A DNA stretch of 63,798 bases, counting the filler, from Pelomyxa schiedti (lineage: Eukaryota > Protista > Evosea): NCBI GenBank assembly GCA_020536535.1. It is 10 parts of 10 records of this genome, joined end to end, with 100 filler letters (N's around TTAATTAATTAA, not from the genome) between each part and the next. Parts side by side here need not be neighbours in the genome. Positions count along the whole stretch, not along the records: positions 20,593 to 40,056 come from JAHLWZ010000689.1; positions 40,157 to 42,943 come from JAHLWZ010001889.1; positions 43,044 to 44,169 come from JAHLWZ010002797.1; positions 44,270 to 48,390 come from JAHLWZ010001640.1; positions 48,491 to 54,649 come from JAHLWZ010001449.1; 5 more parts are not named here. One strand, given 5' to 3'. Within the stretch, counting starts at the first letter, position 1, and every line of letters begins with the position of its first letter. This document shows, one piece after another, positions 39,101 through 50,608 of this stretch. Position numbers and translations under genes: made by a program. The notes below the pieces were generated by a model. It worked only from the letters and a program-made list of their open reading frames with translations, was not told where the DNA came from and ran no database searches.

Positions 39101-39422
39101 TCGATCCTCGGTTCGTTTTTCCTTCCCCGTTCCGTCCCTCCTCGCCACTCACACGGACCCACACACAACAGAAATCGATCGGCCGTCATTCCCGGCGATT
39201 GACAAAGTGTTGATGACGTGTGCCGAGATGGTGTTCACAAATTCCGGACGACCTGATCTCACCAACACCAACACCAACAACAACCACAACACTCCCACAA
39301 GTGAGGACAACGACGACGTTACTGGACACATCAGCAGGTGCCTCGCCAACATCGCGGCGGCAGCGTTCCCTGGCCACAGCAATCGCACAGAAGAACCAAC
39401 AACTGCCTCGTCTTCCTCTTGA
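33182..39422 (+). CDS. Ankyrin repeat - coiled coil - ubiquitin-like - TKL kinase, multi-exon
   Basis: TALHFATCSG, TALHLACRRG and GKTAL ankyrin exons; LIVSRKFGVEPTQQVIF (Ubl-like); LGVGSYGTV, VAIKAL, HPNIV, HRDLSSNNVL, ISDFG, GTPIYLPP and DRPSF. Confidence 0.85.
33652..35390. repeat. Intronic minisatellite, about 100-103 bp unit, about 17 copies
   Basis: Unit TTTTTTATTGCGTTTATTCATCA...CTCTCTGTGGCATGTTTAG...GTAACTGCTCTCATCCC; period 103 measured between 33761 and 33864. It lies between two ankyrin exons. Confidence 0.97.
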
Positions 39423-39505
39423 CCCCTGTGTGGTTCCATCACGTCTCATAATGATCAAAAAAAAAAACCCATCATCGATCGGCACCCGAACGGAGCAGCC
39501 ACGAA

Positions 39506-40056
39506 ATGCAACAACGGAGCAAAAACAACAACAAACAACGTGGGGACCTAAGGCGAAGACTGGCCAATCTCCAACGACAGTCAATACACGGCGGCATCAC
39601 CACAACGGCAACAACAAACGATGATGGCGGCGACGACCGCATCCACACACTCTCAATTGATCCTCTCCGCTATCAGCTTCAACCTCTTCCACCCCTTCCC
39701 CTTCGTCAACAGCAACAACAAACCATGCAACAACAACTCCCTCAGGCAACGAAGTCAGTTGCAGTTACAGTTCCTGGGCCAACACATACATCGACTGCCG
39801 TTGGTACTTCTGCTTCTGTTTCTGCTTCCTCTTTTTCGACTTCTGCTTCCACTTCGGCTTCCACTTCGGCTTCTTCTTCATGTTCCACCACCACTACCAC
39901 AAGTTCATCTTCTGTTGCTTTGGGCGTTGATGGCGCACTCCTGAAGGAGGAGGTTCTGTACCAAAAGCCGTTGCAAACAGGGCAACGGTTCATTGATGCG
40001 AGGTGTCAGATGCTTGCACTGGCTTCGGGATCACACCCCAGGTGTGGTGTCAAGAG
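39506..40056 (+). CDS. Orphan family A, N-terminal fragment
   Basis: A low-complexity N-terminus, then IDARCQMLALASGSHPRCG. Cut by the contig end. Confidence 0.6.
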
Positions 40057-40156
40057 NNNNNNNNNNNNNNNNNNNNNNNNNNNNNNNNNNNNNNNNNNNN
40101 TTAATTAATTAANNNNNNNNNNNNNNNNNNNNNNNNNNNNNNNNNNNNNNNNNNNN

Positions 40157-40508
40157 CGCCGCCGGTGAAGGACACCCCGAAGCACACCGCGCAGTGGGCC
40201 GCGCCCCCTGGCTCGTCGTCGTCCCGGCCGAACTCGGGGAGGCCCCCGCCGTCGCGGTCGTGGCCGGGCAGCCCGCGTCTCTGGGCCACGCGGGCGGCGA
40301 GGGTGACCATCGCGGCGGTGGCCGTGACCCAGCGGCGGCCAATCTCGGCAGACACGAGCACGGGGAGAAGCGAGGCGGGGCAGGGGGGCCTGGGGACCGG
40401 GACAGTGGGTGGGGTGATGCGAGAAGCAGCAGCAATGGCGAGGGCCACGAACTGGTCCCGCGAATCGAGGACCCGGCACGACTGCAGCATCGGCACCACG
40501 GATTCCAT
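40157..40508 (-). CDS. Orphan family A, N-terminal fragment
   Basis: VLDSRDQFVALAIAAA...PASLLPVLVSAEIGRRWV. Confidence 0.6.
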
Positions 40509-40729
40509 TGAGCTGTGTTTGTTTTAGCAAAAATCATCTTCGGTGAACAACAGCTGAACGAAAGATTGGGACTCACAGCTTGCCAGAAAAGGTCCTGGTT
40601 CTCTGTACCACAGATCCGGACAGGGTGACTTTGCACCAGGCACAGGAAATATATGTGCTCCGCTCTGCGTTCTGCAGGTTTGCCTTAGTTTTATGCCCTC
40701 GATATTCACCTCCAATCCAGGTACTTTTT

Positions 40730-42120
40730 CTTCTGCTTTGTGCCGCGGCGGCAGCGCCGCGTGTGTGTTCGTTGAATCGCGGCTGCGCGGCCTTGACATA
40801 AATGGGTTTTGGCGATTGTTCAGTGGCCTGTGTCTTTTCATTATCACAAAAGAAATCGACGAGGGGAGGCCATGCCGCCAGTGGTGAGGAGGAGCAAGCG
40901 GTACTCTCCCATTTGCTTTTTGTCTTCTTCGCCACAACTGTTTGCATTTTATTTATCGGAGTGGTGTTTTTGATTTTATTAAAATACAAATTAAATTTGA
41001 TTTTAAACAATTTATAATGCATTAACCATTATTATTTATTTAATTAAAATGTATTATATAATAAATTAAATTTAATGGTTATATATGTGTATTAATTATA
41101 TAATCTTAATTACGCCTCCAGTTCTTTTTTCCATTCGACCTGTATTAGAAGTCTCCGCATTGTATTTACACCGCTTTCAACCTGTATTAGAAGTCTCTGC
41201 TTTCCGCCAGTATGTGGCTTCTTCTTTCTTCGTTTTTTCACGTAGGATAATTTAGGTGCTGGACGTGGTGGCTGTAATCCCAGCTGGCTAGGTTTTTCCT
41301 ACGGTGGTATGTAGTTTTTTTTTTTTTCAGCTGCGCCAGCTGCCCAGATGGCAACCGCCAACGTACAAAATCGCTGCTACGAGGGGAGGCCATGCCACCA
41401 GTGGCGTGAAGAGGAACAAGCAGTGGACAAGCGGTACTCTCCCATTTGCTTTTTGTTAAAAATAAATAACAAATTATAATGTATTAACTTCTTTATAAAT
41501 AATTTTAATTACGCCTCCAGTTCTTTTTTCCATTCACCTGTATTGGAAGTCTCTGCATGACACCAGTATGTGGCTTCTTCTTTCTTCGTTTTCTCACGTA
41601 GGATAATTTAGGTGCCGGACGTGGTGTCTTGTAATCCCAGCTGGCTAGGTAAGTTCCTTCTGCATTTTTTTATACTGGCACGGTGGTATGTATCTTTTTA
41701 AAATTAATAATAAACAATTAAAAAATAAATTAAATTAATTTAATTGAAACAAACACGTCCAGAAATAAAACAATTAGATACTAGATGGCACGACGTGATG
41801 GAATAGACAACACAAGGCGGGTACCGCTTGTTCCTCTTCACCCCAGGGCGGCATGGTTCCCCTCATAGCAGTGATTTTTTTGATGATAGTGGAGATAAAC
41901 AAAGAGGCAAGTCACTGCACAGTCTCCACAACCCCAAACATGCCATTTATGTCAGTGCCGCGCAGCCGCAGCGAGACCCGATTCAACGAACACACACGCG
42001 GCGCTGCCGCCGCGGCGCCGCGGCAACCGCCCCGCGGCACAAAACATCAACAAATCCCGTAAAATCGGGCCGCTTCACGCTGCCTTGCTCCCTAAAAAAT
42101 TCTGTTTTTCTCATTTTGAC
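40730..42120. repeat. Mosaic cluster of direct and inverted dispersed repeats, including a MITE-family copy
   Basis: 40735-40890 is an inverted copy of 41855-42050. 41110-41290 is repeated at 41510-41650. 41905-42120 matches the MITE at 44474-44726. Confidence 0.75.
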
Positions 42121-42135
42121 TTGCACCCGGTGTAC

Positions 42136-42943
42136 ATGAACGAAGATGCCCTCTGCCATGTGGATGCCGCCGCGGCCATCGACCACATCCTGATGGTGTC
42201 GCGTGTTGTGTGGGACCACATCGTCGCCCCGGTCGTAGCGCCACACGACGTGGCGTGGTTGGGCACCCAGGTGCGCCCCGACGACTGCGTGTGGGTGGTG
42301 GCGGCGGCGGAGGCGCTGTTCCCGCTGGTGCCCAGGGCGTGCCGGGCCCTGCTGGCCGCAACCTTGTTGGAGGAGCGCCACGTGCCCAACGCGACGGCGT
42401 CGCGGTACGCGGTGCTGAGGTGCGGGGGGATGGCGGGGGGCTGCGCCAGGTGCATCGAGTGGATAATAAGGAACAAAGCGACCAGGAACAACGCGAAGGA
42501 GTGCGTCGCGGTGCTCAAGGGCCTGTGTGCTGGTGTGTGTGGAATAACCGAAATTGCCATTTTGGTTTCGTTACACTGTTTTCATACGTATTTAAGGCGA
42601 ATGATGGTTAAATAAATAATACCAGAAACTCATTTACTTAATGAAGGAGGACACATTGAAATTGCAGAAGAGCTTGTTCAAAGCAGAAGAACAATCCCCT
42701 GGAGGGGTGGTTCCTTGCACTGGCCCGTTGACGATCCTGACTTACTTGACCGCATCAGGTACACATTCCTCAGTTCGCACAGCCTTTTGTATGAGGCATG
42801 TTGGGGTGGCAATCTTGAAACAGTGAAGTGGGTGATGTCAAAGTTTGGTGTTGGTGTGTCTGCCTGGGAACTTGTGGAGCCGTTTCAAGCAGCTGTGAGG
42901 AAGGGGAACGTAGAGATTGTGAAGTGGCTGGCATCTTCCACTG
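42136..42943 (+). CDS. Orphan family B (ankyrin-like helical repeats), 3' truncated
   Basis: ILMVSRVVWDHIV...LFPLVPRAC...VAVLKGLCA, an intron, then GGHIEIA, ACWGGNLETVKW and GNVEIVKWL. Confidence 0.7.
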
Positions 42944-44269
42944 NNNNNNNNNNNNNNNNNNNNNNNNNNNNNNNNNNNNNNNNNNNNTTAATTAATTAAN
43001 NNNNNNNNNNNNNNNNNNNNNNNNNNNNNNNNNNNNNNNNNNNGGGCTACTTTTATTTTCCTGGGCTTCTTGCTGTTTGCTTTGCACTTTTTCGAGCTGT
43101 ATGGATGCGTTTCCTTTTATCGAGATACAGACGGGCACGAAGTTGTTTCATTTTAACCGTCCAGTGTGTTTATCGAGGTTTGTTTCCTTTTTCTTCCAAC
43201 CACTCAATTTCATCACAGAGTGGCATTCACTCTTATTGCCTCACCTCATTCTGCTCTCTTGTACTACTTCCTTTCATTCCAAGTTTGTTCTCTTTTGCCG
43301 GCTTATTGTTTGGTACTAATTTTATCCAGAAAACGATTTCCGACTTACTGTGATATGGGAGCTTTTCCACTTCTATTTTATTGCATTTTACAATACCATC
43401 GAGTGGCTTGCATTAACCCGGCACTCCTAGTTTGCATCTCCTTTCTTTCTTTTGTTTGTAGCCAACTGATGAATTTACAGAAACATCTGCCGGTGTTGTT
43501 TCGATGATGGGTGACGAATGCCGGTGGACCTCCACCCCTGTGTGTATTGTACTCCTTCCTACATTATTGTTCTGATTGTCATCAATAAGGCAGCCTAATA
43601 GCACCGAGAAACCGTCTGAATCCTCCCGCAGATCACATTCTATCACAAGTGATTCAGTTCTCAACCATGAGCACCAAGTTAAAAACAGCCACACCACTGC
43701 CACTCACTCCTCATCACAACAACCAACAAAGTCTAAAAGAGCTCCCGAATACAACCACACATATTCCGGAATATTGTGATTGGTTCTAACAATCAATCCA
43801 GTGCCCTGTCCCAATCCCCGCAACAGCAATTCCTTGTAGGCATATGGTTTTTCAGAAAGCCCTGCAGGGAAGTTGGTCCCAAGCCGGCAGTGGTTCCCTG
43901 ACAGATCTGAGCAACAGATAACCAGAACCATCACAAAAACAATTCAAAGTCAGAAGGGTGCTGTACAGCGTAGCGGGGAGCGGGGTGGAACACGAGACCC
44001 AATCAGTTCAAGGGCGGTTGTGTAGTTGTAACAATGATGGACAACGTTGTCGACGCCGTGAAACACTTTCAGAGTTGGTTGACTACTGCGCTTCGCCCGG
44101 TGTACGTAGTGATGCGCTCACACATACTAATAAAGCGTTTTCAAACCGCCACCGACCCCTCTCTCTCTCNNNNNNNNNNNNNNNNNNNNNNNNNNNNNNN
44201 NNNNNNNNNNNNNTTAATTAATTAANNNNNNNNNNNNNNNNNNNNNNNNNNNNNNNNNNNNNNNNNNNN

Positions 44270-44426
44270 GACCGAATTCCGCGAACAGGGTGGGGTTTTC
44301 CCTCACGAAAAAGCGAGCAGCGGGGCTGCGTCGCGAGCACCTTTCCACGCACGCGCATGCGAACGCAACAAACTGCGATCGTGCGTCAACAACCGCCTCG
44401 ATCGTCACGGTCTTGGTTTGAGGCAT
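44270..44426 (-). CDS. Orphan family A, N-terminal fragment
   Basis: VVDARSQFVAFACACVERCSRRSPAARF. Confidence 0.6.
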
Positions 44427-44473
44427 GACTGATTGATTCTCTGAAACTCATTACACTGGGGGGGCGAGTCAAA

Positions 44474-44726
44474 TGAGAAAAACAGAATTTTTTAGTGAGC
44501 AAGGCTGCGTGAAAGAGGCAAGTCACTGCACAGTCTCCACAACCCCAAACATGCCATTTATGTCAAGGCCGCGCAGCCACGGCGAGACCCGATTCAACAA
44601 ACACACACGCCGCGCTGCCGCCGCGGCGCCGCGCCAACCGCCCCACGGCACAAAACAACAACAAATCCCGGCCAAACCGGACCGCTTCACGCAACCTTGC
44701 TCACTAAAAAATTCTGATTTTTCTCA
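44474..44726. mobile_element. MITE-like element with about 40-bp terminal inverted repeats
   Basis: 44474-44513 TGAGAAAAACAGAATTTTTTAGTGAGCAAGGCTGCGTGAA is the near-perfect reverse complement of 44686-44726. A related copy lies at 41905-42120. No TSD is evident. Confidence 0.75.
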
Positions 44727-44769
44727 AGGAAATTTCACGTTTCTGTTGTGGGCACTGTGTTTTTTCCGA

Positions 44770-46047
44770 TTACCTCAGAACAACATGGAGAGTTGCCAGC
44801 ACAACGTCAGTCAGGCCATCTCTGACCACAAACCCTTGTTCAGTTGTTGTGTCTGCAACATTCAATTTGACCTGCTGCATCTTCCACACAATGACACCAT
44901 CACTGGCTCGAACTATCTCCATGTCTGGGTGTTGAATGCGCGTCAATGGAGTTTCCAGGTCTTTGGTGCTGAACACATCGATTATGCTGCTCTGATTCCC
45001 TGGTGTTTTTGGTCTCACTCCAATGTGCTCAGTGCCAAGAGCGTAGATTGGAAGGGCAGCTTGGAACGTGAAGAGCTTACCAGTCATGCTGTTGAAAACA
45101 GTGTTTCTTAGAATTGTGCAAACTGGCTCTGAGGTTGTGGCTGCACTTGGGGCCCTGTCTGTTTCTGGAGCCAAAGCTTGGCCAACCACAACAATGGTGT
45201 TCTGCTCCCAGCTTGCTTCCAGGTCAATGTGCACCAATTGTTGCTCCAGGGTGGGCTCGAATAGAATCACAACTGACCTTATGTTGTTGTTATCCCCACG
45301 GCCGACTTCTTGTCTCAGCCCCAGGACTTTCCACGGCCATTCCATTCGTAATTTGCGTTTATCCCCAAGTGCAGGCTCACCATCCACCACCTTCCACACA
45401 TTCAGGTTCACAGCTGTTTTCACAACAACCCAGTTGCAATTGCAGTGCACACTGTACACAGGCCCCTCGCTCTGTGGGAAAGCTGCTGGAACCCACAGCG
45501 GACTTCCAACCACCTCACCGGCACCATTCACCACCCTCACTGACGACTCCAGTGGGTCATCGTTGTTGATCACGAACCTGTCCCTCCCAATCCACCCACA
45601 GACACCAATTGCGGCGGCCTCAGTGTCAGTGACCCAGCTGCCAACCCTCACAACACCCTCAGTGTGTGATACTGACACCCACACATGCACCTGTGAGTGA
45701 CAGGAGCCACTGGTGGGAGATAGAGTGAGTGCAACGCACCTGCACACGCCAACGACCCAGCGCCGTCCAATCTCTGACACCAATCCCCGGCACCCACACA
45801 TCAGCCCCACACCGTGTAGCCCATAATGAGTGTTGGGGAGCAAGTAGTTCGCTGATTTTGCTGCAGTGGTTGGGACGAGGGCGCCACATGCCAGCGCGAT
45901 GAACTGAGCAACGGCGGAAATGGTGCCGATGTCGGTCGACGTGGCCGCTACCGTTGGCCTCTGCCTGTTGGTGATCACGGACAGTTCGTGCTGCCCTTCC
46001 ATCTGCTTGAATGGAAATGATTGTTTGTGTCCCCCTTCGGTTGTCAT
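44770..46047 (-). CDS. Orphan family A protein, complete and intronless (425 aa)
   Basis: SAVAQFIALACGA...SEIGRRWV, HCNCNWVVVK, DVFSTKDL, VRDGLTDVVLATL. Confidence 0.75.
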   Translation of the reverse strand: MTTEGGHKQSFPFKQMEGQHELSVITNRQRPTVAATSTDIGTISAVAQFIALACGALVPTTAAKSANYLLPNTHYGLHGVGLMCGCRGLVSEIGRRWVVGVCRCVALTLSPTSGSCHSQVHVWVSVSHTEGVVRVGSWVTDTEAAAIGVCGWIGRDRFVINNDDPLESSVRVVNGAGEVVGSPLWVPAAFPQSEGPVYSVHCNCNWVVVKTAVNLNVWKVVDGEPALGDKRKLRMEWPWKVLGLRQEVGRGDNNNIRSVVILFEPTLEQQLVHIDLEASWEQNTIVVVGQALAPETDRAPSAATTSEPVCTILRNTVFNSMTGKLFTFQAALPIYALGTEHIGVRPKTPGNQSSIIDVFSTKDLETPLTRIQHPDMEIVRASDGVIVWKMQQVKLNVADTTTEQGFVVRDGLTDVVLATLHVVLR

Positions 46048-48129
46048 CCCGTGTTGGCGTGTTTTTTTGGGCTGAATACATCAGCTCAGTTTGAAATCAC
46101 AATTTCGAAAATGTGATGGTGCTGGTTTCGTACTAGTACGGTTCGTTTTTGAAACGTGAAGTCGTCGGTAGTGAATGGTTATGGTCCGGTTGTTGGAGAC
46201 GATGTCTGGGATGAATGGAGCATTGGTGTTTGTCGTTTCAGCGAAGAGTTGGAGCAAACACATGTGGCGGCATAAATAATAATAATAATAAATAATCAAC
46301 AGACCGGAACGCTGTAATTTTCGTTCTCGTAGCTCAGGATAGGCGGTCTGGTGTTTTTTTTATTCCCCCCATGTTTTGTTTTTCGTAAGTTACCTTTAAT
46401 GTCTTACGAGCATCACAGGCTGCCCTAGATGGGGTTTTCAGCTGTTTACCAGTTCCATAACACCATTCAATTCTATAGGAGAGAACTGCTAAGGTGTTAT
46501 AGGTATTGCCTTGAGCCAAGTTGAATGCTGATTCATACTTTAACTAGGCTGGTATGCCTTCCAGTGGGCAGAGGTAAATTCACATATATTTCTAGAAATT
46601 CGTACTGATATCTCTCCAGTTTGTGCAACTGCTTGATGTCTTTGACCAAGCAAACAGAGTGCTCAGAAAGTTGGACAAGCCTTTTTCCAGTTGCCAGGTA
46701 ATTATGTACTTCGTTTGTGAATGTTGATGCCATTGCAGTGCGTGAATCAGAACAGTGCAGAATTGATGAAAATCGGTCCAGGATGAGTGCATGAATATTG
46801 GGGTATATGCCATCAGTGTGCCAATTCCTGAATTTTGCAAAATGATGCCAAATGCAGGTTATGGTTGACTTGTGTAGTAATTGGTTGGATTTTGCATGAG
46901 GGCCGAATTTATGTGACTTGCAGGTATGTAGAATTGGTGTTGTGTGAATTAATTGAATGCAGGTATTGGAATTGATGCATGAGTTTGAACTGACGTGGAA
47001 ATGGTGGCCATGATAGAAATGCTTGGAGATCACAGACACTCTCAAATAGGTATGCATTACTCTATACTCCCAAATCCAAAATAACAATTTCCAATCTGTT
47101 AGCTTTGGCTTTGGATTTGATCCAGCGATTTTCAGAGCTTCATATATGGGTTTGTAGCATTGCCGCGCTTAATAGAACGCTTGCCGGGTGTTGTAAGTAT
47201 GATTCTCATGATTTCCACGCTAATCTCATTGTAGAGTGCAAATGACCGCTTCAGTGCCGAAATGTCCACTTCCATGCCGTAAATGTCCGCTTCAGTGCCG
47301 GAAATATCCACTTCAGAATGCCATTCCACAACATCACGATTGCAACATAATCGCAATTCCACCATGCCAGAACACTCCTTGCCACAATGCCATCTCGTCA
47401 GATACACTAAGGATACCTATGCAAGAATGCCATTATAAAGTAATGTGTGGTTTGGGAACAAGCAGAGGAATGAGCCTGCCATTTCCTTCCATGGGTGTCC
47501 ACACGTACGTTGCTGTCCAAAAGAAGAGAACCACTGTGTGAACAATGCCTCCCTCATGGAGAAATCCCACCATCACAGCCTTGGTTGGGTTCTTGTCTCA
47601 CACAACCAACAAAGTTCAAAGCATAAAAAGAGGCCAACAACCCATAAGTACAGATTGCAGAAAAAACCTTGATTCAAAACATAGTCCTGTGTGAGAAAAT
47701 TTGGGAACACAAACCCCCAAAGGTGGTTGCAAGTACCTTGCATTGTGCAGATGTAAGACCCTATAAGGCTTTCTAATCAATGTCTCAATGACACTTGACC
47801 ATATTTGGCTGAAAAAACACTAAAACATAAACACAGTTTTTGCCGAAAGAGTATCAGTCAATCTCCAATACAAATTAGTGCCTGCCAAGGGCAACGGGAA
47901 AGTTGTTTTCCGTAAGGGAACCTAGTGGCAATTTTTTGTTTGTAGGAAACGCTATCACTTCATTGACGAAAACCCAACTGAGGGTCTGCAGCGCGGCCAT
48001 CTGGTCCCGGGGCTGGCTGTGGGTTGCGCACTCACCAGACGTGGGGCTGCCAGCCTGCCACCGTCAACGGCACCAGGGAACAGCTGGGCACAGGCCCACG
48101 CGGCAGCTTCCACCCATTGCTGGACACCA

Positions 48130-48390
48130 TCACAGCCTTGGTTGGGTGATTGTGATAGTGGAAATGTGTAGGCCTGTGGTGGCATCGTGGATGTTTACTG
48201 GCACTGCAGTTGGTGCTGTGGGAGAAGGTATTTGAAGAGCATAGATTCCCTCATCTGTGGGGAAAATCATTTCATCTTCAGAATGTTCAATTTGGCACCC
48301 AAATTGGGTCATGTCAGAGGCACTGTAAATCTCTGTCAAGGTTGTGGATTCCCTTTGATTGGGATCAGCTTGACTGAGAACAACTGCTGC
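48130..48390 (-). CDS. Orphan family A, C-terminal fragment
   Basis: EIYSASDM...IHDATTGLHISTITI* matches the family C-terminus. Confidence 0.55.
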   Translation of the reverse strand, partial: AAVVLSQADPNQRESTTLTEIYSASDMTQFGCQIEHSEDEMIFPTDEGIYALQIPSPTAPTAVPVNIHDATTGLHISTITITQPRL

Positions 48391-49109
48391 NNNNNNNNNN
48401 NNNNNNNNNNNNNNNNNNNNNNNNNNNNNNNNNNTTAATTAATTAANNNNNNNNNNNNNNNNNNNNNNNNNNNNNNNNNNNNNNNNNNNNGCTCCTCAGC
48501 GATGTTCTTGAACATCAATTGAAGCTGTCCCATGCCAATCCCATCAGAAGGAGATGTGGGGAATTTGATTGCTGACCTCAAGGCATTTTGTCCTTGAATG
48601 TCTCCCCCTGGTGGAAGAAGAAGAAATCAATGTTAAAACTATGATGAAATAAATCCAACCACACACATCTCAGGCCGATTGTATGTTTTGGGTTGACATA
48701 GACCTAAATACAACACACGACACACAACAGTGGGGCCATCAATTATATCATACCCAACAAATGAACAACACTGTTTAGTGTCTGCAACGTCTTCCGCCGT
48801 TGAAGACCCTGCTGCAGCGAAAAAGACACTCCTTCACTTGTGTGTGAAAACGTTCCATGTCCGCGCTGTTGTTGCTGTTACGTTCGTTCGATTCGACACC
48901 TCTTATTTCTTTGAATTCGATGTGCACCACACATCACCGATCTAATCGAATCTGTTGTTGGTTAGCAACAAAACTTTAGAAACGCGATGGTCTGGCGTTT
49001 TTTTTATTTACCCATTTGCGGGGTTATTTCCACTACCCGAGCCGATCGGTTGAGTTTTGTCTCATAGGCCTTTTGCAAAAAGAAAGGATCAACCTTTATG
49101 GATAAAAAA

Positions 49110-50150
49110 TTAATCGATACGGGTGATTGTCGTGTGAAATTCCAGGATTGTGGTATGGGAGTCAGTGAATTTGTAAACCCTTTCAGTCTGATGCTCAGAG
49201 ATTTGTGACTCTGAAATAGTTTGCGAGAATCTGGGCTCCACGTTCTTCTCCTCGGAGCTCTGCCGCCATGCGTCATATTCGTCTTCACTCTGGTGGCATA
49301 CCTGATATACGTCATCGCCGTGGCAGGCGAGGATGAATTCTCCTCCACCCAACTTGGTGAAGGCCACAGGGATGCCTTCTGTATCGCAAAGGGCGCCAAC
49401 ATGGAGGTGGAATTCGTCTGAGATAACCAGAACCCCCCTGCTGAAGGACTTTGAAAGATCGATGAGGGTCACCGCTATAACTGTGTCGGAAGAGTCCCTC
49501 CACAGTAATGGAAGGAGGTCTCCAAGGAGTTCTGTGGGTCTGCAAGTCGTCCATTTAAAAGACATTGGAAGCTCATGCAGCCGGAAGTCCTTGCTTGGAT
49601 ACTTGATCACACCATGATCGACGACCGCCCAGATATGCAGGAAATGTGGGGGAAGTCTGTACCCGGTTTGAGTGACTGAAACCAACCACTTATCATTGCA
49701 CTCCACTTCTGTAAATCCGGTGTGTGGTATCAAGTCGGGTGGTGCGTGCTTCGACACGTCGATTACACCGCTCCAGTCGCATAGGACCGCGTGACGCCCG
49801 TCAGAGTTGATGGTAGTGGCCAATAGAACATCTCCACGGCAGTCGAGTTGTCCAACTATCCTGACATTGCCGGTGTCACGAACCAACCGCGGTTCTCTGC
49901 CGTAACACACGCTGCCGATCGGAGAAAGTACACAGGTAATCATACTGCTGAAGGTAGTAAACGAAATCCTCTTCCTGGAGCAGTGACCGTGGCCCATGAC
50001 CCACTGGCACACGTGCCAAGCCAAATCTGGTTGCATGACATTCACTGGGGATTGACCATTGGAGGCAAGCATCCCACAACAGAATGCGAGAGCCTGGGAT
50101 CGTGCGTTCACGGGGCAGATGGTGTGGCATAACACTTCGTCTTCGTACAT
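49110..50150 (-). CDS. Orphan family A protein, intronless (346 aa)
   Basis: NARSQALAFCCGMLASNGQSP...VCQWV, VECNDKWLVSV, VIAVTLIDLSKSF. Confidence 0.7.
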   Translation of the reverse strand: MYEDEVLCHTICPVNARSQALAFCCGMLASNGQSPVNVMQPDLAWHVCQWVMGHGHCSRKRISFTTFSSMITCVLSPIGSVCYGREPRLVRDTGNVRIVGQLDCRGDVLLATTINSDGRHAVLCDWSGVIDVSKHAPPDLIPHTGFTEVECNDKWLVSVTQTGYRLPPHFLHIWAVVDHGVIKYPSKDFRLHELPMSFKWTTCRPTELLGDLLPLLWRDSSDTVIAVTLIDLSKSFSRGVLVISDEFHLHVGALCDTEGIPVAFTKLGGGEFILACHGDDVYQVCHQSEDEYDAWRQSSEEKNVEPRFSQTISESQISEHQTERVYKFTDSHTTILEFHTTITRID

Positions 50151-50608
50151 CTCGTATTTTTTTTTAATTAATAATTAGAAAAATATTGATACTGAAATGG
50201 ATTATTTCTCCTCAGACTTCCTTTCCCTGCCGTTGCTGTGTTTGATTAAGGTGGGCGTCCAAAGAAAGTAGGTAAAGCGAACACCCGTGTTCAAAATGAG
50301 AAAAACATGAATCGAACCGGGTCCCCTGTAGCCTATGAACCAGTCCGCGTTAGTGCTTGCAACAGGTATCGGCAGCGGCTGCTGACACCTCCGCGTTGGC
50401 GGGAGACCCTCTCGCCGACACCTGGGAGGCCTCCCCACGCCACCGACCTCGGCGGGAGACCTCTCGGCAGCGCGGCGATACATGATAGGTCTCCCCGCAC
50501 CGATACGCGGCGATGTGGGACTGGAGTTGAGGTGGAGACATACTTTTTGCCTTTTTGATGTGACATGACAGCGACACTAAAGAAGCCTACATCGATGACG
50601 AAGAGCAG

